From a virus, in the IMG/VR virus record IMGVR_UViG_3300037521_000345, positions 35,004 to 99,003 of that record: 64,000 bases of DNA; one strand, 5' to 3'. Below, piece after piece: positions 9,500-19,065 of the stretch (the first letter of the stretch is position 1; each line of letters starts with the position of its first letter). The position numbers and the translations under genes are program-made. Below the pieces are notes generated by a model that was not told the DNA's origin, did not search any database, and saw nothing but the letters and a program-made list of their open reading frames with translations.

Positions 9500-9666
9500 T
9501 GGATAATCAAGAACTTGAGAGACTAATCAAAAAAATAAGGAGAAGATTAGTGGCATTTATACAAAGTCCATCTACTGCTCCTAAAATCATCGTCGCTATC
9601 GCTCAAGCGTGTGGAATAAAAATCCCACTCGAAGTTGAGAAGAAATACGATTCTAAAGAATCCTAA
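9499..9666 (+). CDS. Small hypothetical protein (55 aa; not in ORF track)
   Basis: MDNQELERLIKKIRRRLVAFIQSP...KYDSKES*, coupled to the upstream gene by TAATG. Confidence 0.6.
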   Translation: MDNQELERLIKKIRRRLVAFIQSPSTAPKIIVAIAQACGIKIPLEVEKKYDSKES

Positions 9667-9861
9667 AAGAACCACCCTGATTGTTTCGATGATCTGTGGT
9701 ATTCGCTTTTAGTCTTTATGGTTCATATGAACCCTAAAAGACGCACCCCTGTCATTTCGGTGACCTGTGGTATTTGCTTTTAGTTATTAATTTTAGTTAT
9801 TAATTTAACTATTATTAAGACTATTAGCAAATACCACAGGTCATTGGAATGGCAGGGGTGC
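9663..9861 (+). repeat. Two direct copies plus one inverted copy of a ~36-50 bp structured element
   Basis: Direct copies at 9663-9713 and 9734-9784, inverted copy at 9826-9861; palindrome GGTTCATATGAACC at 9720-9733. Confidence 0.8.
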
Positions 9862-9914
9862 TATTTAATCTTCTGTTTTGTTGTTCTAAATTTTTTTACA
9901 TTGGGAGCTAATTA

Positions 9915-10514
9915 ATGAGTTTATTAAATGATAGATACATGCGAAGAGTTTCAACTGAAAGATATATTGAACAATTAGGAGCAGAGGTTTATCCTGTTGC
10001 ACTTATTAAATTTTTATTAAATAAAAGAAGAATTATGAGTTATTTTTTGGAAGCAATAGATCAAAATTTCAATCCAAAGTTTAAATTCGATTTAGATACC
10101 GAGAATTGCGAAGGATGTAAAATGAGAAAAGATGAAGGACTACTTTGTCGCCAACATACATCAATTCGTAGAGTGTTGAATGCTAATTCAGTTGCATTTG
10201 ATTTGGATACATATACTTATCTTTATCAAAATGAAATCTATCGAATGATTGAAAATAAATTAGTAATTATTTACTGTCCACATCCTAAATTAATATCAGG
10301 AGACATAACAGATTCAAAAGTAAGAAGGATAAATCCTATAACAGTTGAGGATCCAAAATTACAAAATCTTCCAATATATAATAAAGTTTGTAATTTTATA
10401 TCATCAGAATTATTAGATGTACATATGAGTTGTTGGTTTAATAATGAATTTACAATAGTGACAATACCCGCAGATAGACATGGGCAAAACTGGTGCCTGT
10501 TTCCAAACAGGTAA
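9915..10514 (+). CDS. Hypothetical protein with possible Zn-binding CxxC...CxxH
   Basis: 199-aa ORF with GGGAG RBS. Confidence 0.65.
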   Translation: MSLLNDRYMRRVSTERYIEQLGAEVYPVALIKFLLNKRRIMSYFLEAIDQNFNPKFKFDLDTENCEGCKMRKDEGLLCRQHTSIRRVLNANSVAFDLDTYTYLYQNEIYRMIENKLVIIYCPHPKLISGDITDSKVRRINPITVEDPKLQNLPIYNKVCNFISSELLDVHMSCWFNNEFTIVTIPADRHGQNWCLFPNR

Positions 10515-10538
10515 AACTTAATAGGAGGAAAGAGAACT

Positions 10539-11495
10539 ATGACTGGATTTGAAGAGTATGGAGAATTACAAGGAGTTGGATTTCAAGGACAAACAGAATC
10601 AATACCACCAGAAGAAGAATTTTTCAAGAGTATTTACATTGCTGGTATTACAAGAAAGAATCATATTAATATAGAAGAAATAGCAGGTAAAATACAAATT
10701 AGAGGATTGGAATATAATCTAACTGAAGTTAATATGATTATTACTCATACAAAACCAATACTTGTTAGAGAACCAGAGAAAGGAACTAGAGATATGTTCT
10801 CTTGCTTCTCATATAAGAATGGTCCTGCACCATGGTTTGGAACAACTCAACTTGAAGATGGAAGACCAAGACCTTGTCCTGCAACAGCTTCCGAAAGAGC
10901 TCTCGTTGATTTCTGTGCTCCTTGTAGAGGACAAATTCTTGTTGCAGGAGTTTATTGTAATCCTGATGGAACACCAGCTACAGATTCAGAAGGAAAACCC
11001 ACATTTATATTTCTAAGGGGTAAAGGGGTAAAGTATGGAAATATATCAGGTTATCTTGATGAAATGTATAAATTAGAATTATCTCCTATTTTTGAACCTG
11101 TTACAGATCAGAGTCAAGAATTTGAAAGAGTAGTTGTGAATAATAAACGTCACGTCACTCGAATTACAATGGGACAAACCACTACAAGATATGGTGATAA
11201 AAATGTTTTTGTATTAGAAAAAGGTCCTAAATTAGATAATCAATCTGTAATGAATGTATTAGACGTTACTAAAAAGACTATGGAAAAGTTTAATGAAAAA
11301 TTTGACTGGAGTAAAAAACGAAAACCAGCAAGACCTGATGGTGTTCTAGCAATGGATGCTCCAGAAACGGATCATACAGCTCCTGATGAATCAAATACTG
11401 CTGATCCAAAATCTACAGAACAACCTGCTGAAACATCTGCTGAAACACCTCCACCTTCAGAAAAAACATTTAGCTTTGATAAAATTGAGTTTTAA
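10539..11495 (+). CDS. Probable ssDNA-binding protein
   Basis: Beta-rich core with Cys cluster; acidic, Pro-rich disordered tail ending in the hydrophobic FSFDKIEF; replication-gene context. Confidence 0.45.
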   Translation: MTGFEEYGELQGVGFQGQTESIPPEEEFFKSIYIAGITRKNHINIEEIAGKIQIRGLEYNLTEVNMIITHTKPILVREPEKGTRDMFSCFSYKNGPAPWFGTTQLEDGRPRPCPATASERALVDFCAPCRGQILVAGVYCNPDGTPATDSEGKPTFIFLRGKGVKYGNISGYLDEMYKLELSPIFEPVTDQSQEFERVVVNNKRHVTRITMGQTTTRYGDKNVFVLEKGPKLDNQSVMNVLDVTKKTMEKFNEKFDWSKKRKPARPDGVLAMDAPETDHTAPDESNTADPKSTEQPAETSAETPPPSEKTFSFDKIEF

Positions 11496-11515
11496 AATAG
11501 AGAGGAATCATTCTA

Positions 11516-11881
11516 ATGAAAACGTTTGAATTAAAATGTGAATGTGGAATGATAATAAAAGAATTAAGTGTTTCAATTATAAAAAAATATAGATCAGATT
11601 TTATTATACAAGATGGAATTGGTGATAGAAATGCAGATCGTCTTGTCTCTTTATTTGGAAAAAATTCTTTTTTAGATACTTTCCTCTATGAAGAAGGTAG
11701 AGAATATTTTAGTGGAGGAGTAAATAAAATAATGTATAACTGTAAGATCTGTGGCGAAGTTACAATAAATGAACATGATACTCCAAACATAAATGATTTT
11801 ATTAGAGATTCTGAATTTATATTTTTTGGGGATGATATTAAAGAATTTTCATATGGAAAATTAAAAATAAATAAACTTTAA
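11516..11881 (+). CDS. Hypothetical Zn-ribbon protein
   Basis: CECG ... CKICG. Confidence 0.6.
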   Translation: MKTFELKCECGMIIKELSVSIIKKYRSDFIIQDGIGDRNADRLVSLFGKNSFLDTFLYEEGREYFSGGVNKIMYNCKICGEVTINEHDTPNINDFIRDSEFIFFGDDIKEFSYGKLKINKL

Positions 11882-11908
11882 TTAAACTTTGTATCAAGGA
11901 GAGTTTGA

Positions 11909-13129
11909 ATGCCAAGTCAAAATACCCCAGTACAAGAACAAAAATATTATGAAAAACTAAATATTTCGGTCCTCTCTATTAGTCGAATTAAAGAATTACT
12001 TAAAGATGATATTAAATCAACTCTGATTTGTTGGCAACAAGGAAGAGATGTTGATAGACAATGCTATCGAATTATTGGACCAGCAGGTGTTGGAAAGACT
12101 CAAATATGCTATCAAATAGTTGAAGAACTATCAGAAGAAGTGGGTATTCCATTTCAACTTATTATGATAAAAGCTCCCGTTCTATCAAGGGATGATTTTA
12201 TAATTCCATTTCCTGTTATTAATAATGGAAATGAAAAATTCAAAATGTTGTATTCAGACTTCGTTCCAGAAGGTGATGATACATATGGTTTGTTTGTCAT
12301 AGATGAGTGTGGTCGTGGCGATCATGCATTACAACAATTATTATGGCAAGTTCAAAATGAATATTCAATTCATAGATATGACTTTCCAAAACATTGGTTT
12401 GTTATATCAATTGATAATCCAGATGACTCTGAATATTCAATGGATATTATTGAGGATGCTGCAGGTCTTCGTCGAAATCTTCACGTTTATACAGAAGTAA
12501 GTGCTAAAGATTTTCTTGACTATGCTATTAAAAAAGATTTTCATCCATTTGTCATTGAGTATATTCAGACACATCCAGAAAGAGTTTATGATTGGCAATC
12601 CCAAAAGGTTGGTGCAGTTTATGCTAATCCTGCAAGTTGGGAAAAGATTTCAGATCATCTCTGGAAAATGGAAATAGCACATGGAAAAATAGATTTTGAT
12701 AAGTTTGAACCTAAAGCTTCTGGTTTAATTAACACTAATCAAACTCGATTATTTTTAGAATTTGCAAGAGATAAACGAGATATTAATCCAAAAGATATTT
12801 TCTATAATTTTAATAAAGTAGAAAAACAGATAAAGAATCTTATTAAAAATAACGATAATTCTAAACTTGGTGAACTAATGACAAGTTTTGGAACCTTTAT
12901 GGTTACCACAATGCCTTCCTATCAAAGTGATAATCTAAAAAATGTTATTGAATTTCTATTATTAATGCCTGTTGATACAGCAGCATTGTTTATGTCTCAA
13001 ATAGATCAATATGAAAGATCATCAAAATCATTTCAATACATGACAAAACTCCACGTAATATTGACTCAAAAATCACATAAATACAAAAGAGAATTCTATG
13101 ATCCACTGGTTGGACTTGGACTAGAATAA
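11909..13129 (+). CDS. MoxR-like AAA+ ATPase
   Basis: Walker A GPAGVGKT, Walker B FVIDE, adjacent vWA partner gene. Confidence 0.8.
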   Translation: MPSQNTPVQEQKYYEKLNISVLSISRIKELLKDDIKSTLICWQQGRDVDRQCYRIIGPAGVGKTQICYQIVEELSEEVGIPFQLIMIKAPVLSRDDFIIPFPVINNGNEKFKMLYSDFVPEGDDTYGLFVIDECGRGDHALQQLLWQVQNEYSIHRYDFPKHWFVISIDNPDDSEYSMDIIEDAAGLRRNLHVYTEVSAKDFLDYAIKKDFHPFVIEYIQTHPERVYDWQSQKVGAVYANPASWEKISDHLWKMEIAHGKIDFDKFEPKASGLINTNQTRLFLEFARDKRDINPKDIFYNFNKVEKQIKNLIKNNDNSKLGELMTSFGTFMVTTMPSYQSDNLKNVIEFLLLMPVDTAALFMSQIDQYERSSKSFQYMTKLHVILTQKSHKYKREFYDPLVGLGLE

Positions 13130-13150
13130 AACTAATATAAAGGAGTCAGT

Positions 13151-14431
13151 ATGCCAGGTGAACAAACACACCAACGATTTAAAGAGTTATTTGCAAAATT
13201 TGTTCTCAAGTATAATTACTGGGGGTATTTGTTTTCCAGAATAAGAAGAAAACCATCTGAAAATATTCCATCCATTATGGGAGTAGCTCCTGAAATGGAT
13301 GGAACTATAACTTTATGGTATCATCCTAAGTTAGTTGATGGAACAGATGAAAAGAATCTCACAAAAATTCTTGAGCACGAAGGTATGCATTTATTAAATA
13401 AACATATAGCAAGATTAATAAGAATTATTGCAGATGAAACAGATATAACTAAATTACATATTAAAATAGATTTATGGAATCTAGCAGCTGATGCTGCCTC
13501 TAATCACCAAGCACAATTTGAAGATGATCTTATTGTAGATGGAGAACCTTGGCCACTTATATTTCCAGCAAGTATAGGACTTCCAGAAAATAAAACTGCT
13601 GAATTTTACTATTATGAGTTATTAAAAAAGAATAAAGACGACATGGAAAAATTTGCAAAGGAAATGAAAAAGATATTTAAAATATTAGATAGTCATTCAG
13701 AATGGTCAAAAGGTTTATCAAAAGCTGGTGATCCAAGCACTTTATCAAGAAAGATAGATAGTTTTATTACAGATATTATAAGAGAATCTGTTAAAAGTTT
13801 TTCAAGAGATAAAGGAAATTTGCCAGCACATATACGTGAGTTAGTTGAGCAAGCATTAGGACCTCCAAAGGTTCCATATTATGCTCTTATTAAAAAACTT
13901 ATTAAAGGAAGCAGATTATCTAAATTCAAAAGGTCACATACAAAAGTTAATCGAAAGAGAGGTTATGTATTTGTAATTGGAACAAAGGATGGTATACCAG
14001 AAATCTCACCTTTTCCAGGAAGAACTAGAGACTTTACATTCAAAATAGGTATCGTGATTGATACATCAGGAAGTATGACAATAGAATGGATTGCAGAAGG
14101 TCTCTCTGGAGTCAAAAATATATTAGAAAAAGATAGACACTGTCATGTTACAGTGATGCAAGTTGATACAGTAGTTGAAAGTGAGTATCAACCCAAGAAA
14201 ATTAGAGATATTAGATTTGAAGCAAAAGGAAGAGGTGGAACAGAATTATATCCTGGTTTGAAAAGATGTAGAGAATTAGAAGTTGATGTCTGCCTAGTAT
14301 TTACAGATGGACATTGTGAAAATATAAATACAATACCTCGAAAGTTATTACCAAAAAAAATCATTTGGGTTATAACTCCAAGTGGAAGTCCAGATAAAAT
14401 TAATAAAACTGGATATGTAATAAGAATTTAA
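13151..14431 (+). CDS. Metallopeptidase-like (HExxH) plus vWA domain protein (DUF2201-like), partner of the MoxR ATPase
   Basis: HEGMH, DTSGSM, GRGGT, VFTDG. Confidence 0.8.
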   Translation: MPGEQTHQRFKELFAKFVLKYNYWGYLFSRIRRKPSENIPSIMGVAPEMDGTITLWYHPKLVDGTDEKNLTKILEHEGMHLLNKHIARLIRIIADETDITKLHIKIDLWNLAADAASNHQAQFEDDLIVDGEPWPLIFPASIGLPENKTAEFYYYELLKKNKDDMEKFAKEMKKIFKILDSHSEWSKGLSKAGDPSTLSRKIDSFITDIIRESVKSFSRDKGNLPAHIRELVEQALGPPKVPYYALIKKLIKGSRLSKFKRSHTKVNRKRGYVFVIGTKDGIPEISPFPGRTRDFTFKIGIVIDTSGSMTIEWIAEGLSGVKNILEKDRHCHVTVMQVDTVVESEYQPKKIRDIRFEAKGRGGTELYPGLKRCRELEVDVCLVFTDGHCENINTIPRKLLPKKIIWVITPSGSPDKINKTGYVIRI

Positions 14432-14460
14432 TAATTATTTAACGGGAGGATTTGGATAGA

Positions 14461-16245
14461 ATGTCAAAATCTTACGATTCTAAAGACATTAGAGTTTTAG
14501 AAGAGCTTGAGCATATTAGGTTGAATCCAAGTATGTATATTGGGTCAACCACGGATCCAACTCACCTCGTTGAAGAAGCAATTGACAATGCTCTCGACGA
14601 AGCATTGGCAGGTTATGCAACAATTATAGCTGTAAATATTAATACTAAAAAACATATTTGCAGTATATTAGATAATGGAAGGGGCATCCCAATAACAGAG
14701 GATGTCCCTATTATTATTTCATCTAAACTATTCTCGGGAGCGAAGTTTCAAGATAAGAAAACTGCATATGAAATAAGTTCAGGTCTTCATGGTGTTGGTT
14801 TAGTAGCTGTTAATGCTTTGAGCAGTCAGTATAAAATTGAAATATATAGAGATGGTAAGCATGCTATATTCAATTTTAAAAAAGCAAAGTTAAAAAGTAA
14901 AGTAATTGAACCAAATGGAGACTCACCATTTTCAACAAAAATTGAATTTATGCCAGATAAAAAATTCTTTGAAACTTTAATTCCGAATATAGATAGAATA
15001 AGAAAAAGATTAATCACAGCATCTGCTGAATTGGATAAAAAGATAACATTCATACTACAAGTAGATGATGAGAAAGAAATTATTAAATTAAGTTTAGAAC
15101 AGCATTTCCTGGAAAATTGTTTATCAACAGGTGTGGCGCAAACAATATTACTTTTAAATTCTGAACACAAACCAGAAAGATTCAGAATAATGATGGCATA
15201 TGAAAATGGAGGTTCAATATCTCCCAAAGTATTATCATCAGTTAACTTGTTACCAGTAGAAGGAGGAGGGAGTCATGTAAATTGTTTCTATGATTTACTT
15301 AGAGATTTCTTTACAGCTAAAGCAAAAAAGCTAGATTATAAATTTCAACCCAACGATGTATTATATGGATTGAGAGCATATCTAATGTTGAGTTTAGTTG
15401 AACCAAAATTCTCTGGACAAACAAAAGATAAATTAACAAATAGAAGAGTTTATTTTGATAGGTTTATGAGAGATTGTAAATATCAATTAGAAGTATTTGC
15501 AAATAATAACTCATCAAAGATTAATGAATTTTTAGAGAGATTTCAATCTTATAGAAAAAAACTTGATGCTAAAAAACTATCAATGAATGGAACAGGTGGA
15601 AGAAGAGCATCAACAAAATTTACAAAGCTCAGGGATTGTACAAGTAGAAATGGTGAGTTATTTGTTGTTGAAGGTGATTCAGCAGGAGGTTCAATCATTC
15701 AAAGTCGAAATCCAAATCTACATGCTGTATTACCATTGAGAGGAAAATCAATTCCAAACGTTACAGTTAAAAAGAATATCCTCAAGAATAAAGAAGTCGG
15801 GGAATTAGTCATGGCAATTGGAGCAGGAATTGGTCCTCACTTTGACATATCTAAAATGAGATATAGTAAAATTATATGTGCTACAGATGCAGATCATGAT
15901 GGAGCACATATTGCTTGTCTATTAACAATGGTTATGGGAATATTATTACCTGATGTTATTAAAGAGGGAAGATACTATATAGCACAAACTCCACTATTTG
16001 CAATCAATGAGAAGAAAGCATTTATTCCATTATGGTCAGAAGAAGAATTAGAAAAAGCAAGAACAGCGGGAAGAACTATTCAAAGATATAAAGGATTAGG
16101 TGAGATGAATCCTGCAGAATTAAAGATAAGTTTATTAGATGAAGCTACAAGAAATCTAACTCGAGTTGAATACAGTCATGATATTGAATCTTTAATTAAA
16201 CTATTTTCGAGCGCTGAAGAAAAAAGAAAGTTGGTAACTAGATAA
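14461..16245 (+). CDS. gyrB: Type IIA DNA topoisomerase ATPase/TOPRIM subunit (GyrB/ParE-like)
   Basis: EAIDNALDE, DNGRGIP, GLHGVG, VEGDSAGG, PLRGK, DADHDG, RYKGLGEMN. Confidence 0.92.
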   Translation: MSKSYDSKDIRVLEELEHIRLNPSMYIGSTTDPTHLVEEAIDNALDEALAGYATIIAVNINTKKHICSILDNGRGIPITEDVPIIISSKLFSGAKFQDKKTAYEISSGLHGVGLVAVNALSSQYKIEIYRDGKHAIFNFKKAKLKSKVIEPNGDSPFSTKIEFMPDKKFFETLIPNIDRIRKRLITASAELDKKITFILQVDDEKEIIKLSLEQHFLENCLSTGVAQTILLLNSEHKPERFRIMMAYENGGSISPKVLSSVNLLPVEGGGSHVNCFYDLLRDFFTAKAKKLDYKFQPNDVLYGLRAYLMLSLVEPKFSGQTKDKLTNRRVYFDRFMRDCKYQLEVFANNNSSKINEFLERFQSYRKKLDAKKLSMNGTGGRRASTKFTKLRDCTSRNGELFVVEGDSAGGSIIQSRNPNLHAVLPLRGKSIPNVTVKKNILKNKEVGELVMAIGAGIGPHFDISKMRYSKIICATDADHDGAHIACLLTMVMGILLPDVIKEGRYYIAQTPLFAINEKKAFIPLWSEEELEKARTAGRTIQRYKGLGEMNPAELKISLLDEATRNLTRVEYSHDIESLIKLFSSAEEKRKLVTR

Positions 16246-16266
16246 AACAACAAAGGAGAATAAAAA

Positions 16267-16650
16267 ATGGGTCTTGATATTGAAAAAATTAAAGAGTCTT
16301 CAACATGGATTCCTGATAAAAGAGCAATACAATGGACCGAACAATGGATAGGAAATCAATTAAAAAAATCTGAATGCTTTATATGGGTATCATCTTTTTT
16401 CTCAATTAAATTTTCTACAGACTTAAATTATGCTACTATAACTGATGTAAACTTTCCTATTTATGAACCCTCTGAAAAAACTTTTGAAAATTTAGCAAGA
16501 ACAATAAAAATATTAGAAAAATTAAACTATAACGTTGATTCTAATGAAAAAATAGTTGCAAATTTAGGTATAGAAACAAGAGTTATTGATGATCGAACTA
16601 TTGATAAATATATATATATACCCAAGTCAAAATATTCTGATAAAAATTAG
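16267..16650 (+). CDS. Hypothetical protein
   Basis: 127-aa ORF with AAGGAG RBS. Confidence 0.65.
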   Translation: MGLDIEKIKESSTWIPDKRAIQWTEQWIGNQLKKSECFIWVSSFFSIKFSTDLNYATITDVNFPIYEPSEKTFENLARTIKILEKLNYNVDSNEKIVANLGIETRVIDDRTIDKYIYIPKSKYSDKN

Positions 16651-16663
16651 TAAGAGGTAAAAT

Positions 16664-17485
16664 ATGATTTATAGTGTTATATCTAGACAAGGTGGAAAAA
16701 GTAGATTAGTAAGATATATTAGACATATCTTTCCTCGTCAACATAAATTTTATGGAGAAGTTTTTGGTGGTGCTGCTTGGATTCTATTAAATAAAGAACC
16801 ATCTCTAATAGAAATATTCAATGATATTGATGGAAATGTTATAAATTTATTTAGAATCATTAGAGATTTTCCTGGAGAATTTGTAAATAGATTTAGATAT
16901 GATATTATAGCAAGAGAAACATTTGATGAATATAAAGATATAGATTTACATCTTCTTGATCCATTTGATCGTGCAGTAAAATATTATTATGTTTATTGTA
17001 ATTCGTTTGCCGCAGATATGAATACATTTATTAAGAGAGATAAGAGTACAAATCCAAATAGATTTCATGCAAGATTACCTGATATTGTTGAAAAATTTAC
17101 AAACAGGATGCAGAATGTTGTTATAGAAAATTTGGATTTTAGAGAATTTTTTAATAAATACAATGGCAAGGAATGGTTATTTTATTTAGATCCACCCTAT
17201 TATGGAGTTGAAGGATATGAAGAACCATTTAATGAACAAGAGCATAAAGATTTAGCATATATTCTCTCTAATAAATTTGAAGGAAAATTTATACTTTCTT
17301 ATAATGATACTCCAGAAATTAGAAATTTGTACTCACAATTTAAAATTAGAAATTTAGATATAATATATCAAGCAGCAAATCGACCTCAAGTTAATAAAGA
17401 TTTATCTGGACAGAAATCAGAACTTATCATTGCTAATTTTAAAGCTAATTTTGAATTTATTCGCGAAAAACATTTAGATTTTTGA
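16664..17485 (+). CDS. DNA adenine methyltransferase (Dam/D12 class)
   Basis: GGKS, EVFGGAA, NDID, YLDPPY, FILSYND. Confidence 0.9.
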   Translation: MIYSVISRQGGKSRLVRYIRHIFPRQHKFYGEVFGGAAWILLNKEPSLIEIFNDIDGNVINLFRIIRDFPGEFVNRFRYDIIARETFDEYKDIDLHLLDPFDRAVKYYYVYCNSFAADMNTFIKRDKSTNPNRFHARLPDIVEKFTNRMQNVVIENLDFREFFNKYNGKEWLFYLDPPYYGVEGYEEPFNEQEHKDLAYILSNKFEGKFILSYNDTPEIRNLYSQFKIRNLDIIYQAANRPQVNKDLSGQKSELIIANFKANFEFIREKHLDF

Positions 17486-17497
17486 AAGGAAAAAATA

Positions 17498-18433
17498 ATG
17501 AAGGGAAAAGTAATTCAAATTATACGAACATTTCCACATGGTAATAAATTGTATAGACGTTCAGAAGGTCATCCAGAAGAAAAACCATTATTACAACAAC
17601 TAAAATCAGCTTATATAATTTGGAAAAATAGTTGTCTCAAAGTTACTATCACTAATGAAAATGACTTAAAACAAATTATTCAATATACAAATAATTATAT
17701 AGATTTCTGGCATCAAGAAATATTTGATAAGATAAGAAACAATGGACAAAGTCAATTATATCCTTCAGTTCTTGAGGAAACAATGTACTATCTTTTTAAT
17801 ACTATTGTTAAACCACCTTTAGTCTGTGGAACTCGTACAATTTGTATTAGTTCATATATAAAACCATATAATGAACTTAATTTTAATGCCTTTTATGAAG
17901 ACAATTTGTGTTTTGAAACAATGGATGCAGATTTTGTTATTGGTATGTTAATAGATTCTATGATTACTAAAAAGAAAGAAATTATTCCATTTGTAATTAT
18001 AGAAAATAAAAAATATGCTGATAAAACTATGCGAGGGAGAGGGGAAGATATAAAATTAAAACTAAAAAGATTTTCTACAGACTGTTTATATGCATTTGTA
18101 GTAGATATATTAAGAGGTGGTTCAATTTCAAAAGACTTCAATCCAAACCTATGCACAATAGATCAAATTTATGGTGTAAGAGAATGGAACGATGATAGCA
18201 AAAATGAACTAAAAGAAAATGTAGTTTTTACATTATTTTCAGATGTAGTATATCACTTACATAAAATTAAAAAAGAGAGTATATCTATGGAAGAAAGATT
18301 TAATAGGGGATTTATGATGGATCGATATACACCACCCCTACCTGAAGTGTTTCAGATTGTAGAAGAGTTTCAAAAAATTAAACCTATCACCGAACAACCA
18401 ATAATAATGTTTAATAAGGAAAATATCACATGA
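17498..18433 (+). CDS. Hypothetical protein
   Basis: 311-aa ORF within the operon. Confidence 0.65.
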   Translation: MKGKVIQIIRTFPHGNKLYRRSEGHPEEKPLLQQLKSAYIIWKNSCLKVTITNENDLKQIIQYTNNYIDFWHQEIFDKIRNNGQSQLYPSVLEETMYYLFNTIVKPPLVCGTRTICISSYIKPYNELNFNAFYEDNLCFETMDADFVIGMLIDSMITKKKEIIPFVIIENKKYADKTMRGRGEDIKLKLKRFSTDCLYAFVVDILRGGSISKDFNPNLCTIDQIYGVREWNDDSKNELKENVVFTLFSDVVYHLHKIKKESISMEERFNRGFMMDRYTPPLPEVFQIVEEFQKIKPITEQPIIMFNKENIT

Positions 18434-18594
18434 GGCAAAAAACCTTAACAAAACAGTGTGACAACTGTAGCTTCTGTATAATGAATGATAAAAACCAATT
18501 ATGTTGTGGTTGGGGTAATAGTAAAAGTATTAAAATATTGAATACTCCAAAAAGAAAAAAAGGTTATCCAGAATGTAATCTTATCAAGAGTTAA
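18430..18594 (+). CDS. Small Cys-rich protein (54 aa; not in ORF track)
   Basis: MRQKTLTKQCDNCSFC...CCGWG...YPECNLIKS*, ATGA overlap with the upstream stop. Confidence 0.5.
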   Translation: MRQKTLTKQCDNCSFCIMNDKNQLCCGWGNSKSIKILNTPKRKKGYPECNLIKS

Positions 18595-18615
18595 CATTTA
18601 AATAGGAGTTTAATA

Positions 18616-19065
18616 ATGGGAACAAGAGCAGATTTCTATATTGATAATAAGGGAGATATGACGTGGATGGGTAGTATATATAATGATGGTGAACCCTGGC
18701 ATATGCCAATCACGTTGTTAGCACAAATTAACCCTGTAATGTTTGCAGAACAATTGAGTGAATTTCTTGAAAAGATTAGACATACAGATCAAATGTGGCC
18801 ATGGACATGGGAAGATAGTCGTTCAACAGATTACTCATATATTCTTGATTGTGAAAGGGGCAGAGTAGTTGGATTTTCTTCATCAGATAAAATGATCTTT
18901 GATCCATTGAGAGTAACAGTTGGAGAGGATTTAAACTCATCAAAGATTGCAAATGCTATACCAAATTTTCCAAAACTAGGAGATGGAAATGGATCGAAAT
19001 CTTCCAAACCTTTACAGAGAATACGGGACATATTCAAATTACAGAAATTTCCCTTTAGATCTTGA
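18616..19065 (+). CDS. Hypothetical protein
   Basis: MGTRADFY...DG.P N-terminus resembles small conserved phage proteins; AGGAG RBS. Confidence 0.6.
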   Translation: MGTRADFYIDNKGDMTWMGSIYNDGEPWHMPITLLAQINPVMFAEQLSEFLEKIRHTDQMWPWTWEDSRSTDYSYILDCERGRVVGFSSSDKMIFDPLRVTVGEDLNSSKIANAIPNFPKLGDGNGSKSSKPLQRIRDIFKLQKFPFRS

